Source: Spirochaetia bacterium
Lineage (GTDB): Bacteria > Spirochaetota > Spirochaetia > DSM-16054 > Sediminispirochaetaceae
Length of the DNA stretch: 64,000 nt
Direction of reading: 5' to 3'
NCBI GenBank assembly: GCA_034520965.1
Contig: JAXHMY010000003.1
Span: forward strand, 224,001-288,000
How positions within the stretch are numbered: position 1 is the first letter of the stretch; each line of letters opens with the position of its first letter. The translations under genes and the position numbers were made by a program. The notes under the pieces were generated by a model. That model saw nothing but the letters and a program-made list of their open reading frames with translations. It made no database searches and was not told the DNA's origin. This document shows positions 1 through 10,114 of the stretch, piece by piece.

Positions 1-2
1 CG

Positions 3-851
3 AATTTACTCAACCTATTTTTAACGACCTATGTGGAAAATAATAAAACAGATCCCTACAATGGCTATTACCTTTTGATTGTGGCTCAGAATTATTTGAG
101 TGAGGGGGCCGAGCCGTTTGCGGTTCAGTACTTCGAGCGCATATTAAAAAACCATATCGATCTTGAAGTAAATGGAAACACCATCCACTTCATCTGTCTG
201 AAAAATCTCATCCGCCTGGTGGATGAACCTGAATTGAAAGTAAATTACTATAAAAAATTGATCTCACAATTCAGTGATAAAATCGACAATGGCTCCACTT
301 ATTATTTCTTAGCAAAAACCTATGAAGAGTTAGGTGAATGGGACCTCGCAATACAAGCCTATCGTAATTTCCTCGGTCATCCGGAAGCCCGGGTAGCCGG
401 AGTTCCCCATGCGCATGAGCAGGTACGCTCAATGATAGAGTTTTATGATTACCCTAACAAAAACTGGACCATGGAAAGTCTGGATGACCTGGTAAAAACA
501 CTCAAATATGCAATGTGGACTCGTAACTCCCGAACTCTCACCCGCTACCGTGCCAAAGTAAATTTCTTCGCCATTTCTTGGGAAGAAGCACCTACCGAGG
601 CAAATCAGAACTTTCTCTCCGGTTTAGGTGGTTTTATGGGGCAGAGAATTCACTACAACAGAGAACTCGATCGTGATTCCAACACCCGCGAGGCGTATCT
701 CCGAACATGGGGTTGGTCATATCGTATTAAAACCTGGTATCTCTATTTTCGCCGGGTTCACTTCCCAGCCGATCCGGAGATTCACGGCCAATGGGAATGG
801 GCGGGTATATACTTTGGTGAAAAACCGTTTACCGGAACTGATACACCTTAA
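3..851 (+). CDS. TPR-repeat protein, probably 5'-truncated by the window edge
   Basis: The frame is open from base 3 (NLLNLFLTTYVENN...). TPR-like helices, e.g. YYFLAKTYEELGEWDLAIQAYRNFL. Confidence 0.7.
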   Translation, partial: NLLNLFLTTYVENNKTDPYNGYYLLIVAQNYLSEGAEPFAVQYFERILKNHIDLEVNGNTIHFICLKNLIRLVDEPELKVNYYKKLISQFSDKIDNGSTYYFLAKTYEELGEWDLAIQAYRNFLGHPEARVAGVPHAHEQVRSMIEFYDYPNKNWTMESLDDLVKTLKYAMWTRNSRTLTRYRAKVNFFAISWEEAPTEANQNFLSGLGGFMGQRIHYNRELDRDSNTREAYLRTWGWSYRIKTWYLYFRRVHFPADPEIHGQWEWAGIYFGEKPFTGTDTP

Positions 852-885
852 GGCTAGGGCTTACAGAGTCGATAAATGAAGTGAG

Positions 886-1773
886 ATGAATACAATAATC
901 AGACTCGCTGCTTTTTCTCTGTTATTCGGCTTTCTTTTCTGTAGTACCGGATTGAATGCCGCCGAACACTCTCTTTCTACCGGCGACGGAGCAGTTGAAA
1001 GCAGCAGCCAAGTAGACTGGCAAAAGGGCACATTTATTCTTACAGTCAGCTATCGCTCTGATCAGGCAGGAATTCCCTTACCTGGACAGCGCTCGAAGGC
1101 GGAGGCTGCCTTCCGTCGTCATCTTCCCGCTTTGTTTGTAGAAGAAATTTCGAAGGTAAAAATCGACTCCCGCAGAAGCATAGCTAAGGCAATTGTAGAG
1201 TCGCCAACTTTAGCCGCCGAGTTCCAGAAGCTCTCAGCCACTGGAAAAATCGTCTCTTCGTATTTCACCGACAATTTTTCTGAGTTCCGACGCATCTATC
1301 ACTATGACATCTATCCCCAGATTGCCTCAGTATTTATCACACATACCCGCAGCAGCTCGCAGACAGAAGAGCTCACGTATGTGGCCGGCGGCCGCTACTC
1401 CGGTATTGTAATATATGTAAATGACCCTTTGGAAATTTTCGGAACCCACACCAAGGGCAGCCTCGAGCCGGCAATCTTTCCCCGGGTGTATAATGAAAAT
1501 ACTGATCTTCTGATTGATATGCGAATGCTGGACCCGGAGGCCTTAAGGGCAACGGGAATGCTCCGTTATTACCACACCTCCCAGTTAGATGCAATTCAAT
1601 CGCGGGTTGGCGAAGTACCCATGTACGTACATGCCACTGCTCTGTTCGGAGTGCACTCCTCCGACCTGATTGTCTCCCGGCGAGCAGCCCTAAAAATCAA
1701 AGCGAGCCGTCATACCCTCTCGCTTATCAAAGAAGGAAAGATAGCAATAGTCTCAGAAACCCGACTGCGTTGA
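886..1773 (+). CDS. Exported hypothetical protein
   Basis: 295-aa ORF with an N-terminal signal peptide (LAAFSLLFGFLFCSTGLNA). The C-half (GIVIYV...LEPAIFPRVYNEN...DLIVS) resembles LPP20-associated proteins, from recall. Confidence 0.6.
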   Translation: MNTIIRLAAFSLLFGFLFCSTGLNAAEHSLSTGDGAVESSSQVDWQKGTFILTVSYRSDQAGIPLPGQRSKAEAAFRRHLPALFVEEISKVKIDSRRSIAKAIVESPTLAAEFQKLSATGKIVSSYFTDNFSEFRRIYHYDIYPQIASVFITHTRSSSQTEELTYVAGGRYSGIVIYVNDPLEIFGTHTKGSLEPAIFPRVYNENTDLLIDMRMLDPEALRATGMLRYYHTSQLDAIQSRVGEVPMYVHATALFGVHSSDLIVSRRAALKIKASRHTLSLIKEGKIAIVSETRLR

Positions 1774-1817
1774 CTTTACCCCCCTTTCCGGGCTATATAT
1801 CGTAAAGGGAGGTTTCA

Positions 1818-3134
1818 ATGGCTTGTAGGCAAAATAACTTAAAAAATTATTATATATCTCTTCTTGTCATGGCGGGAGCTTTGCTTTTTAGCACATGTTC
1901 AGGAGGTTCAATTGGTTATGGCGTGGTACTTCTTTCTCCCGACACCAATGCTATAGAAACCGGGGCTCTCGTAGAAATAAAAAAAGAGTCCGATATTAGT
2001 GATACGTACACCGTGGGCTACCCCGATTCTCAGGAAACCTATAAAATCGACAGATGGCGCGTTGAGTCTTTTGAGGAAAGGAGCGCCGCTGCATCACGAG
2101 CCGAAGAATATAAACAGTATAAAAATTTGTTTGCCCGCAATTTGCGGGATGGTCTGGCTGTCCGGGAGCAAGCGGATATAAGTGCCGATCGGGTATATAA
2201 ATTACGTAAAGAGCAAGAGTTAAAAATAATTGAGAAGACTGATACACAGGAACAAATCGGAGGTCATGACGGGGTCTGGTATAAGGTAATGACTAAGGAC
2301 GGAACCCAAGGCTACTCCTTCGATTATTATTTGAATGTCTTTGATATCACCGCCGAGCCTGAAGAACAGCAGGGGCCCGACCTGACCATACTCCGAGAAA
2401 CCCTTGAAAAGAGCTTTCATCCCGAGAATTTTAAGGAGATGCAGGAAAAACAACAGATTGATTTGGAACGCTTCAGCTCTGACTACGGCTTATTCAGTGA
2501 TATGGCTACCCAGTCTATTACCATCCGCCTATATAACATGACTCACTCTTTCGAATATGATGAGATAAAACGAATCAATGAGAAGCGCTATGCATTCATA
2601 CCCAGTGAACTTGAAATAATTATTCACTCTGAGGATAGAGTTCAAGCAATATTCAGCCAAGAAGATAAAACCTATGATCCTGCTTTTATTCACATGACAA
2701 ATGAAGAGGTCGCCGAGATACGGGAAACGGAACAGGAACGACGTGCGGAGCTGTATGCCGAACTGGTAAACAGTGGACCTCTGTTCACTAGTAATGCGTA
2801 TGGCGAAATTGAGTTTATGGAAGAGAGACAATTCGTATGGCGCCGTATAGAGCGCTTGGTACCGTCAATAGTTCCGTACAGCTCCTATCGTGAAGGTAGA
2901 GTGAGTATGGAATACTTCTTATCTAGTGAACTCAGGCCCAGCTACACAGGGGTACTATCATTTGTATTTGACCAAGGCCCCGACTCTCCGGTATTTTTTC
3001 TGTACACACTGGAGCAGAATGCACTCCGGCTTGAATATATACCTGAACGCAACATAGAGGAGAAAGTTGTACAGCAACGCAGCTCTTCGCGACTCATCAT
3101 GGCTTTTTTCGGCCAAACTCCGGGTTCTTTCTAA
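1818..3134 (+). CDS. SH3-like domain lipoprotein
   Basis: SD GGAGG; lipobox-like LLFSTC; bacterial SH3-like segment GLAVREQAD...GVWYKVMTKDGTQGY. Confidence 0.7.
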   Translation: MACRQNNLKNYYISLLVMAGALLFSTCSGGSIGYGVVLLSPDTNAIETGALVEIKKESDISDTYTVGYPDSQETYKIDRWRVESFEERSAAASRAEEYKQYKNLFARNLRDGLAVREQADISADRVYKLRKEQELKIIEKTDTQEQIGGHDGVWYKVMTKDGTQGYSFDYYLNVFDITAEPEEQQGPDLTILRETLEKSFHPENFKEMQEKQQIDLERFSSDYGLFSDMATQSITIRLYNMTHSFEYDEIKRINEKRYAFIPSELEIIIHSEDRVQAIFSQEDKTYDPAFIHMTNEEVAEIRETEQERRAELYAELVNSGPLFTSNAYGEIEFMEERQFVWRRIERLVPSIVPYSSYREGRVSMEYFLSSELRPSYTGVLSFVFDQGPDSPVFFLYTLEQNALRLEYIPERNIEEKVVQQRSSSRLIMAFFGQTPGSF

Positions 3135-3140
3135 ACAAAT

Positions 3141-5108
3141 ATGAAAACAATTCAAGCATCGGATATTCAACTCGCGTTTAGCGATCATACCGTTTTAAAA
3201 AACGTCCAACTCACCCTCACTACAAAAAGCCGTGCCGCCCTTACCGGAGGAAACGGAAGTGGTAAATCAACCCTAATGAAAATCATCAGTGGTGATATGC
3301 ACCCTGATATGGGTACCATTGCAGTTCAGAAAGGAACTAGGGCTTCGTACTTACCCCAGAGTGGTAAGAAATTTTCCGGTAACTCCTCCCTCTATCAAGA
3401 GGCCGAAACCGCTTTTTCCGAACTCCATCTGCTGGTAGATGAGAAAGAGCAGATTGGAAACCAACTCAGCAAGGTAACAAGTGATGATAAATATACCCAA
3501 AATCTGCTTGAACGGCAGCACGACATTGAAGAGCGCCTCCTGACAAGCGATTATTACAATCGGGAAAAAGAAATTGAGCAGGTATTAATCGGGCTGGGCT
3601 TTACACGAGCCGATTTCCAGAAAAACTGCGAACAGTTTTCCGGAGGCTGGCAAATGCGTATTGCCCTCGCAAAGATACTGCTCGAACACCCCGACATTTT
3701 GCTGCTGGATGAACCGACCAACTACCTCGACCTTGAAGCCCGCAACTGGCTGGAAGATTTTCTGCGAAACTACCAGGGGGGCTTCTTAATCGTATCTCAC
3801 GACCGCTTTTTTCTTGATAGTACAGTCGACGAGACCTACGAACTCTTTATGGGAAGCCTGCGCCGCTATCCCGGTAACTACTCGGCCTACCAAAAACGGC
3901 GGGAACAGGAGATCGTCGAACTTCAGCAGCAATACGAACGGCAGCAGGAAGAGATAGCCCGGGTCAACGCCTTTGTACAGAAGTTCCGCTATAACGCCTC
4001 GAAAGCAAGCCAGGTGCAGAGCCGCATCAAATATCTTGAGAAGCTTGAACCGATTGAGCTGCCCCAGCATATGCAGAAAATACATTTTTCCTTTCCCCCA
4101 GCCCCTCATTCCGGCAAAAAAGCACTCGAGTTAAAGGACATCAGTAAATCCTACGGTCCTAACACGGTGCTGAACAATCTTTCCCTTGAAGTGCAGCGGG
4201 GTGAGAAGCTGGTGGTAACCGGCGTGAACGGCGCCGGAAAATCGACACTTCTGAGAATCATTGCCGATGTAGATTCTCAATATCAGGGAGAAGTTCGTTA
4301 TGGTGCGGGAGTAACCGCCGGTTATTTCTCGCAGGAACAGCGGGAACTTGAAGAGAGCCCACGTTCAATTATCGATCTCTTTGAGGCCGAGGCACCCACA
4401 GAACTGGTACCCAAACTGCGTAACCTGTTGGGGGCATTTCTATTTCAGGGTGATGATATATACAAACCCATCAAGGTGCTCAGCGGAGGAGAACGCAGCC
4501 GTATAGCGCTGCTGCGGCTGCTTCTGCAGCCTCATAATCTGCTAATCCTCGATGAGCCGACCAACCACTTGGATATTCACTCGAAGGACGTACTCCTCGA
4601 AGCTCTCAAGAAGTTCGCAGGCACATTGGTATTCGTATCCCACGACCGCTACTTTATTGAACACCTGGCTACCCGGGTGCTGGAGCTGGGTACTGAAGGC
4701 CCCCGAAATTTTTCCGGTGACTATCAGTACTATCTGTATCGACTTGAAAAAGAAGCGGCACAGGACGAGCATACAGAGACATCCTCTTCGACTCCTCCGG
4801 AAGCAGCCGCTCCTTCTTTCGACATGAGCAGTGTCGGGTACGAAGAACTCAAGCAGCAAAAAAAGCGCCAGCGAAAACTGGAAGCGGAAGAACAGAAGCT
4901 AGTTGGGATGATGGAAGAGCTTGAGCAAGAACACAGTCGTATTCAGGCCGACATGGCCCTTCCCGAAGTGTATTCGCAGGCAGAAAAAATTACGCAGCTG
5001 CAGAAACGTTTGAACGAAAACGAACAGGAACAGACCCAACTTTCCGAACAATGGGAAGCGATTGCCCTGGAAAAAGAATCACTTGCCAAGGAAGCTCAGG
5101 ATCGCTGA
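3141..5108 (+). CDS. ABC-F family ATPase (translation-associated)
   Basis: Two ABC domains (GGNGSGKST, FSGGWQMR, LLLDEPTN; GVNGAGKST, LSGGE, LILDEPTN), no TM segments, C-terminal coiled coil. Confidence 0.93.
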   Translation: MKTIQASDIQLAFSDHTVLKNVQLTLTTKSRAALTGGNGSGKSTLMKIISGDMHPDMGTIAVQKGTRASYLPQSGKKFSGNSSLYQEAETAFSELHLLVDEKEQIGNQLSKVTSDDKYTQNLLERQHDIEERLLTSDYYNREKEIEQVLIGLGFTRADFQKNCEQFSGGWQMRIALAKILLEHPDILLLDEPTNYLDLEARNWLEDFLRNYQGGFLIVSHDRFFLDSTVDETYELFMGSLRRYPGNYSAYQKRREQEIVELQQQYERQQEEIARVNAFVQKFRYNASKASQVQSRIKYLEKLEPIELPQHMQKIHFSFPPAPHSGKKALELKDISKSYGPNTVLNNLSLEVQRGEKLVVTGVNGAGKSTLLRIIADVDSQYQGEVRYGAGVTAGYFSQEQRELEESPRSIIDLFEAEAPTELVPKLRNLLGAFLFQGDDIYKPIKVLSGGERSRIALLRLLLQPHNLLILDEPTNHLDIHSKDVLLEALKKFAGTLVFVSHDRYFIEHLATRVLELGTEGPRNFSGDYQYYLYRLEKEAAQDEHTETSSSTPPEAAAPSFDMSSVGYEELKQQKKRQRKLEAEEQKLVGMMEELEQEHSRIQADMALPEVYSQAEKITQLQKRLNENEQEQTQLSEQWEAIALEKESLAKEAQDR

Positions 5109-5344
5109 TGAAGTATACCAAGCGCAACCGTCCGATACTGGTAAAAATGTTGTTTCTCTCGCTTTTGATCGGTACTTTTGCATGGGACCTCTTTGAGCGA
5201 CTGCTGAGCTACGCGGAGATGCCCGTGCACATTGCAATTGGTCCGGTTGGTTTTGATCTGCTGGTCATTTCCTGCTATGTGTATCTAAATCCGGGCACCC
5301 TGTTTGGACTTGTGGCAGCAATCGTTCTATTCAGGAGGTTATAA
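5108..5344 (+). CDS. Small membrane protein (DUF4321-like)
   Basis: The ATG overlaps the upstream stop (TGATG). 78 aa, hydrophobic; its stop overlaps the maf start. Confidence 0.65.
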   Translation: MKYTKRNRPILVKMLFLSLLIGTFAWDLFERLLSYAEMPVHIAIGPVGFDLLVISCYVYLNPGTLFGLVAAIVLFRRL

Positions 5345-5940
5345 TGCCTAGCCTTGTACTGGCTTCTAGCTCACCCCGCAGACAGACACTTTTAACTAAT
5401 CTCGGCCTCCCCTTTTCAACGGCCCCCTCCGAGTATGAGGAGCAGTTTGACGATCGGCCGCCCCGTATTCAAGCCCTTTATTTAGCACAGCAAAAGGTTG
5501 CGCACCTCCTCAGCCATTCTCCCGAACACAAAGGCGCCCTGGTACTTGGTGCCGACACCTGCATCGATGTGGATGGGAAGATCCTCGGCAAACCCTCCGA
5601 CCGTCACACCGCGCGTCGGTATCTTCAGCAATTAGGCGGTCGGGCCCACAAAGTTATCACAGCCCTATCCTTATGGGACGGACCCGCTGGAGTGTTCCTT
5701 AACGAGGCCGAAACCACCACAATACAGTTTGCAGCTCTCGATTCCCGTGAAATCGAATGGTATTTGGATACGGAGGAATGGAAAGGAGCAGCCGGCGCTT
5801 ACCGCATTCAAGGCCGGGCAAGCCTATTTGTACACCGTATTGAGGGCTGCTACTTTAACGTCATGGGGTTGCCAATTCACCGCTTTTATGGCATGTTACA
5901 AACTCAGGGATACGATCTTTTTGAAATCGTATCCCCGTAA
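5344..5940 (+). CDS. maf: Maf family nucleoside triphosphate pyrophosphatase
   Basis: LVLASSSPRR, LGADT, ILGKP, AGAYRIQG, FNVMGLP motifs. Confidence 0.93.
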   Translation: MPSLVLASSSPRRQTLLTNLGLPFSTAPSEYEEQFDDRPPRIQALYLAQQKVAHLLSHSPEHKGALVLGADTCIDVDGKILGKPSDRHTARRYLQQLGGRAHKVITALSLWDGPAGVFLNEAETTTIQFAALDSREIEWYLDTEEWKGAAGAYRIQGRASLFVHRIEGCYFNVMGLPIHRFYGMLQTQGYDLFEIVSP

Positions 5941-5945
5941 TCTTC

Positions 5946-6038
5946 CACCGTTAATGGTGAGAAATAAGAGAAGGACCGACGGATGCATAGAGCGAGGTAC
6001 GTTGTACCTCAATGCTGACCGTCCATTTTGAAGGAGGA
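5946..6038 (+). promoter_or_regulatory. Structured rpsB 5' leader (S2/t44-like autoregulatory element)
   Basis: Nested stems GACGG(5978-5982)/CCGTC(6019-6023), GCAT/ATGC and GAGGTAC-GTT-GTACCTC(5994-6010) just before SD AAGGAGG. Confidence 0.55.
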
Positions 6039-6043
6039 CTCGC

Positions 6044-7045
6044 TTGTCTGTAGTAACAATGAAAAGCCTGCTTGAATCAGGCGTACATTTTGGACACCAG
6101 ACCAAACGCTGGGATCCCCGTATGAAGAAGTATATCTTCGCCGAACGTAACGGGATCCACATTATCGATCTGCAAAAGACTATCGTTTCAATTAAAGAGG
6201 CGTACGATCTTATCCGTGAACAGGTAAAAGCCGGTAAATCGGTACTGTTTGTCGGAACAAAAAAACAGGCCCAACAGGCTATTGAGCGCGAAGCTCAACG
6301 CTGCGGCATGTTTTACGTAAGTAACCGCTGGCTTGGCGGAATGCTAACCAACTTTTCTACCATTAAAAAATCGATCCACCGCCTTAAAAAAATTGAGAAG
6401 ATGGAAATCGATGGTACTTTTGAAAGCCTCACCAAAAAAGAGGTTTCCCGTCTTAACAAAGAACGACAGCGCTTAGAGAAAAACTTGGGCGGTATCAAGG
6501 ATATGAAGGAATTGCCGGGAGCAATCTTTATCATCGATACCCGCAAAGAAGGTATTGCGGTAGCCGAAGCGAAACGAATGGGCATTCCAATCGTTTCAGT
6601 TGTAGACACTAACTGTGACCCCACCGATATTGACTACCCAATCCCCGGTAACGACGATGCCATTCGGGCTATTTCCCTGTTTACTAAGGTAATTGCCGAT
6701 GCAGTAATCGATGCTGATAATGAAATCGGAATTCAGATTATTGAAACCCTACAGGATGAAGATGAAACCGAACAGGCCCAGGAGAAACCTCCGAAGCAGG
6801 AAGAAGAGCAGCAGTTCGAGGACTTTGAAACGGTGAGTGTTGGCGAAGTAGTCAAAGATAGTTCAGAAGAAACTGAAGCACAAGCTCCCGAAGCAGAAGC
6901 TAACTTTTCTGCCGAGGAATACTCAAACTACACCCCCGAATCTCAGGAAAAGAAAGAAGAAAAACCTGCCGAGCCGGAGAAAACTCTGGCCGAGGAAACT
7001 GAGAAAGAGCTGTTGGAAGAAGAAGATAAACTCTTCGAAGAATAG
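6044..7045 (+). CDS. rpsB: 30S ribosomal protein S2, with acidic C-terminal extension
   Basis: [40 protein letters not shown] start with SD. Confidence 0.98.
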   Translation: MSVVTMKSLLESGVHFGHQTKRWDPRMKKYIFAERNGIHIIDLQKTIVSIKEAYDLIREQVKAGKSVLFVGTKKQAQQAIEREAQRCGMFYVSNRWLGGMLTNFSTIKKSIHRLKKIEKMEIDGTFESLTKKEVSRLNKERQRLEKNLGGIKDMKELPGAIFIIDTRKEGIAVAEAKRMGIPIVSVVDTNCDPTDIDYPIPGNDDAIRAISLFTKVIADAVIDADNEIGIQIIETLQDEDETEQAQEKPPKQEEEQQFEDFETVSVGEVVKDSSEETEAQAPEAEANFSAEEYSNYTPESQEKKEEKPAEPEKTLAEETEKELLEEEDKLFEE

Positions 7046-7066
7046 ATTAAATCAAAGGAGATAAGC

Positions 7067-7909
7067 GTGGAAATTAAAGCTGTCGATGTGAAAAAACTAC
7101 GCGATAAAACCGGCGCCGGAATGCTGGATTGCAAAAAAGCCTTGAAAGAGGCTGAAGGAGACTTTTCGAAAGCCGAAAAGTACCTCAAAGAACTCGGACT
7201 TGCCGCCGCTGCGAAACGCAGCGGCCGAGCTACCAATGAAGGTCGAATATTCACAAAAATTGGTGATTCAATAGCAACTGTTCTTGAACTCGCCTGCGAG
7301 ACGGACTTCGTTGCCCGCAATAAAGATTTTATTGCACTTGGAGAAGATATCGCCGATACCATCCTTGCGAAGGGTCTCACAGAGAAGACTCCGGAGCTTG
7401 ATGAAAAGGTGAAAGACACCATCAGCACCATTAAAGAGAACATGGAGCTGCGCCGTTTCACCACAATGCCTATTGCCGAAAAAGAACTGGTGAGTGCATA
7501 TACCCACGGCGAAGGTACAATTGGTGTTTTGGTAAAATTCGAGGCTGATTCACCATCAGTACTTGAAAACGATGCAGTCAAAGAGTTTGCCTTCGATTGT
7601 GCCCTGCACATTGCGGCCTTTAATCCGCTCTTTCTTGACAGAAACAGTGTGAATGCCGCCTATAAGGAAGAGCAGGAAGCCATTTTCCGCAAGCAGGCGG
7701 AAAACCTCGGCAAACCCGAAAAAGTAATTGATGGAATAGTGAAAGGTAAAATGAACAAACATTTTGCAGAAAACTGTCTGCTTGACCAGGGTTTTGTAAA
7801 AGAAGAAAAATTGAGTGTCGCTAAAAAGATGGAAGAAATTGCCAAGCAGGCAGGCGGAAGTCTTAAGCTCACTAATTTTGTATATTATAAAGTTGGTGAG
7901 GAATCATAA
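7067..7909 (+). CDS. tsf: Elongation factor Ts
   Basis: VKKLRDKTGAGMLDCKKAL, ELACETDFVA; follows rpsB. Confidence 0.98.
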   Translation: MEIKAVDVKKLRDKTGAGMLDCKKALKEAEGDFSKAEKYLKELGLAAAAKRSGRATNEGRIFTKIGDSIATVLELACETDFVARNKDFIALGEDIADTILAKGLTEKTPELDEKVKDTISTIKENMELRRFTTMPIAEKELVSAYTHGEGTIGVLVKFEADSPSVLENDAVKEFAFDCALHIAAFNPLFLDRNSVNAAYKEEQEAIFRKQAENLGKPEKVIDGIVKGKMNKHFAENCLLDQGFVKEEKLSVAKKMEEIAKQAGGSLKLTNFVYYKVGEES

Positions 7910-7925
7910 TTTCCGATTTTGATAT

Positions 7926-7960
7926 GACCGCTCGCAGGTAATTCTACGGGCGGTCTTTTT
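7926..7960 (+). terminator. Intrinsic terminator-like hairpin after tsf
   Basis: GACCGCTCG...CGGGCGGTC stem followed by a T run. Confidence 0.65.
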
Positions 7961-7984
7961 ATAAGGAAATATAAGGAGTAAAGC

Positions 7985-8539
7985 ATGCAAACTACAATTA
8001 AGGATGCTGAAAGCAGAATGAAAAAGAGTGTTGCAACGCTGGAAGATGAGTTCAATTCGATGCGTACCGGAAGAGCCTCAGCCTCTCTGTTTGAACGAAT
8101 TAAAGTAAATTATTACGGTCAGCCTACCCCACTTAATCAAGCTGCAACTATTTCCGTACCCGAAGCACGACTGGTTGTAATTCAGCCGTGGGATAAAAGC
8201 CTGTTAAATGAGATTGAAAAGGCGATCCAGAAATCTGAGCTTTCAGTAAATCCCAGCAACGATGGAAAGGTCATCCGAATTCAAATTCCGCCTCTGACCG
8301 AAGACCGCCGTAAAGAACTGGTAAAGTTCGCCAAAAACACCGCAGAACAGAGTCGTGTCGCTGTCCGCAACATACGACGAGATGCGAATGAGGATCTTAA
8401 GAAACAGATGAAAAACGGCGACATCAGCGAAGATGAAGAAAAACGCGGAACCGATGAAGTGCAAAAAATTACCGATACACATATTGAACAGATTAACTCG
8501 CTGCTCGAAGTGAAAGAACAGGAGATAATGGAGGTATAG
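7985..8539 (+). CDS. frr: Ribosome recycling factor
   Basis: MRTGRAS, IQPWD, PPLTEDRRKELVK, RNIRRDAN. Confidence 0.98.
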   Translation: MQTTIKDAESRMKKSVATLEDEFNSMRTGRASASLFERIKVNYYGQPTPLNQAATISVPEARLVVIQPWDKSLLNEIEKAIQKSELSVNPSNDGKVIRIQIPPLTEDRRKELVKFAKNTAEQSRVAVRNIRRDANEDLKKQMKNGDISEDEEKRGTDEVQKITDTHIEQINSLLEVKEQEIMEV

Positions 8540-9264
8540 TGGCTACTGAAGGTCATACTCCACGTAAATCTTCTAAACTACCTCAGCATATCGGTATCAT
8601 AATGGACGGAAATGGCCGCTGGGCCGAACAACGAGGAAAACCTCGAACTTTTGGTCATAGCAGCGGGACTGAAGCTGCAAAACGGGTAATTAAGGCGGCC
8701 ATCGATTTAGGAATCTCCTATATCACCCTATACACATTTTCTACTGAGAATTGGAGCCGCTCAACCAAGGAAGTTAATTTTTTAATGAAGCTTCTGCGGC
8801 AGCATCTGCGCCGGGATTCCAATTTTTATCATTCAAATGAAATAAAAGTATTACATGCCGGTGCATTGGAAGGACTTCCACAAGAGATTCAAAAAGAGCT
8901 GCTCCATGCACAAGAGACTACCAGAGAATATAAGGCCATAACCACTATTTTAGCGATTAATTATGGTGGAAGAGATGAAATTGTGAGGGCGGTAAATAAA
9001 TGGCACAAAAAAATAACTGATCCGGAACAGAAAATTACCATTGAAGAAATAGGCTCCCATCTTGATAATCCGGATGTTCCCGATCCCGACCTTATAATAC
9101 GAACTGCCGGGGAGATGCGATTGAGTAATTTCCTGCTATGGGAAAGTGCATATGCCGAACTCTACTATTCACCCAAACTGTGGCCCGACTGGGATTATGA
9201 AGATCTGGCTGAGGCAGTTGAGCACTATCAAAAACGAAAGCGAAAGTTTGGCGGTACTACATGA
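8539..9264 (+). CDS. uppS: Undecaprenyl diphosphate synthase
   Basis: HIGIIMDGNGRWA, FSTENWSR, NYGGRDEI, DLIIRTAGEMRLSNFLLW. Confidence 0.97.
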   Translation: MATEGHTPRKSSKLPQHIGIIMDGNGRWAEQRGKPRTFGHSSGTEAAKRVIKAAIDLGISYITLYTFSTENWSRSTKEVNFLMKLLRQHLRRDSNFYHSNEIKVLHAGALEGLPQEIQKELLHAQETTREYKAITTILAINYGGRDEIVRAVNKWHKKITDPEQKITIEEIGSHLDNPDVPDPDLIIRTAGEMRLSNFLLWESAYAELYYSPKLWPDWDYEDLAEAVEHYQKRKRKFGGTT

Positions 9265-10106
9265 GTAATTTTGGACAGCGGCTGCTTCTTTTTATTATCG
9301 GACTGCCCCTTCTCCTGGCAATCGTTGTCTTTTTTGATCCATTTATGCACGCGGGATGGGCAGTGGTGGTAATTGTCGTCACCTTTTTGGCTGCCCGCGA
9401 AACGGTACAGTTGTTTACCCCGGCAGTACCACCGCTATACTTCTGGGTACTACCGATTCTTTCGGCCGGTCTGCCCCTAGTGGTATATGTAGAGCTTTTT
9501 CTCGGTTTATCCTTTTCCCTCCTGAACCCTTTACTGATCGTAAGCATCAGCATTATTCTGATATCGGAGCTCTTCAGATGGAAAGCTGACCACCCTCAGA
9601 TGTTTACCCTTAATTCCGTCGGTTTGATTAGTGCGGTGATTTACCCCGGCTTTTTTCTGGTTTTCACCATTCGCTTTTTAGAATTCGATTATCCTCTAGC
9701 CGCCATTATGCTGTTTCTGCTGGTAAACTTCAGTAACGATACCTTTGCCTATATCTTCGGTAAGCTATTTGGTAAAAATTCTCCCCATGTAGTACCGGTG
9801 AGCCCCCGAAAAACGAGAATCGGCTTCTTAGGCGGATTCGCAGGTTCCCTGCTCACCGGCTCGGTATTTTACCTGATAGCTCCCCACATTTTTGCCGCAC
9901 CTTTTCTTTTACTGCTGCCCTTTTTCCTTATTATAGGCTTATGCGCCGATATCGGCGATTTAATTGAATCGGCATATAAACGCGGGGCGGCAAAGAAAGA
10001 CTCCGGTTCTTTAATGCCCGGTCGTGGCGGATTGTTGGACTCTATTGACTCTCTCCTTTTCAGCGCCCCGTTTTTCTATTATATTGGTACAATACTGCTG
10101 AAATAG
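9261..10106 (+). CDS. cdsA: Phosphatidate cytidylyltransferase
   Basis: Multi-TM; DTFAYIFG, SPRKT, GDLIESAYKR...KDSGSLMPGRGGLLDSIDS. Confidence 0.95.
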   Translation: MSNFGQRLLLFIIGLPLLLAIVVFFDPFMHAGWAVVVIVVTFLAARETVQLFTPAVPPLYFWVLPILSAGLPLVVYVELFLGLSFSLLNPLLIVSISIILISELFRWKADHPQMFTLNSVGLISAVIYPGFFLVFTIRFLEFDYPLAAIMLFLLVNFSNDTFAYIFGKLFGKNSPHVVPVSPRKTRIGFLGGFAGSLLTGSVFYLIAPHIFAAPFLLLLPFFLIIGLCADIGDLIESAYKRGAAKKDSGSLMPGRGGLLDSIDSLLFSAPFFYYIGTILLK

Positions 10107-10114
10107 GAAATACA

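Noticed and set aside
6943..7611. Long antisense ORFs (also 35316-36002, 32067-32663, 26900-27430, 62201-62764)
   Set aside because: Shadow frames opposite well-supported genes, with no motifs or ribosome-binding sites.
7910..7984. pyrH missing between tsf and frr
   Set aside because: The tsf-frr order without pyrH is the usual spirochaete arrangement as I recall it, and no remnant is visible.
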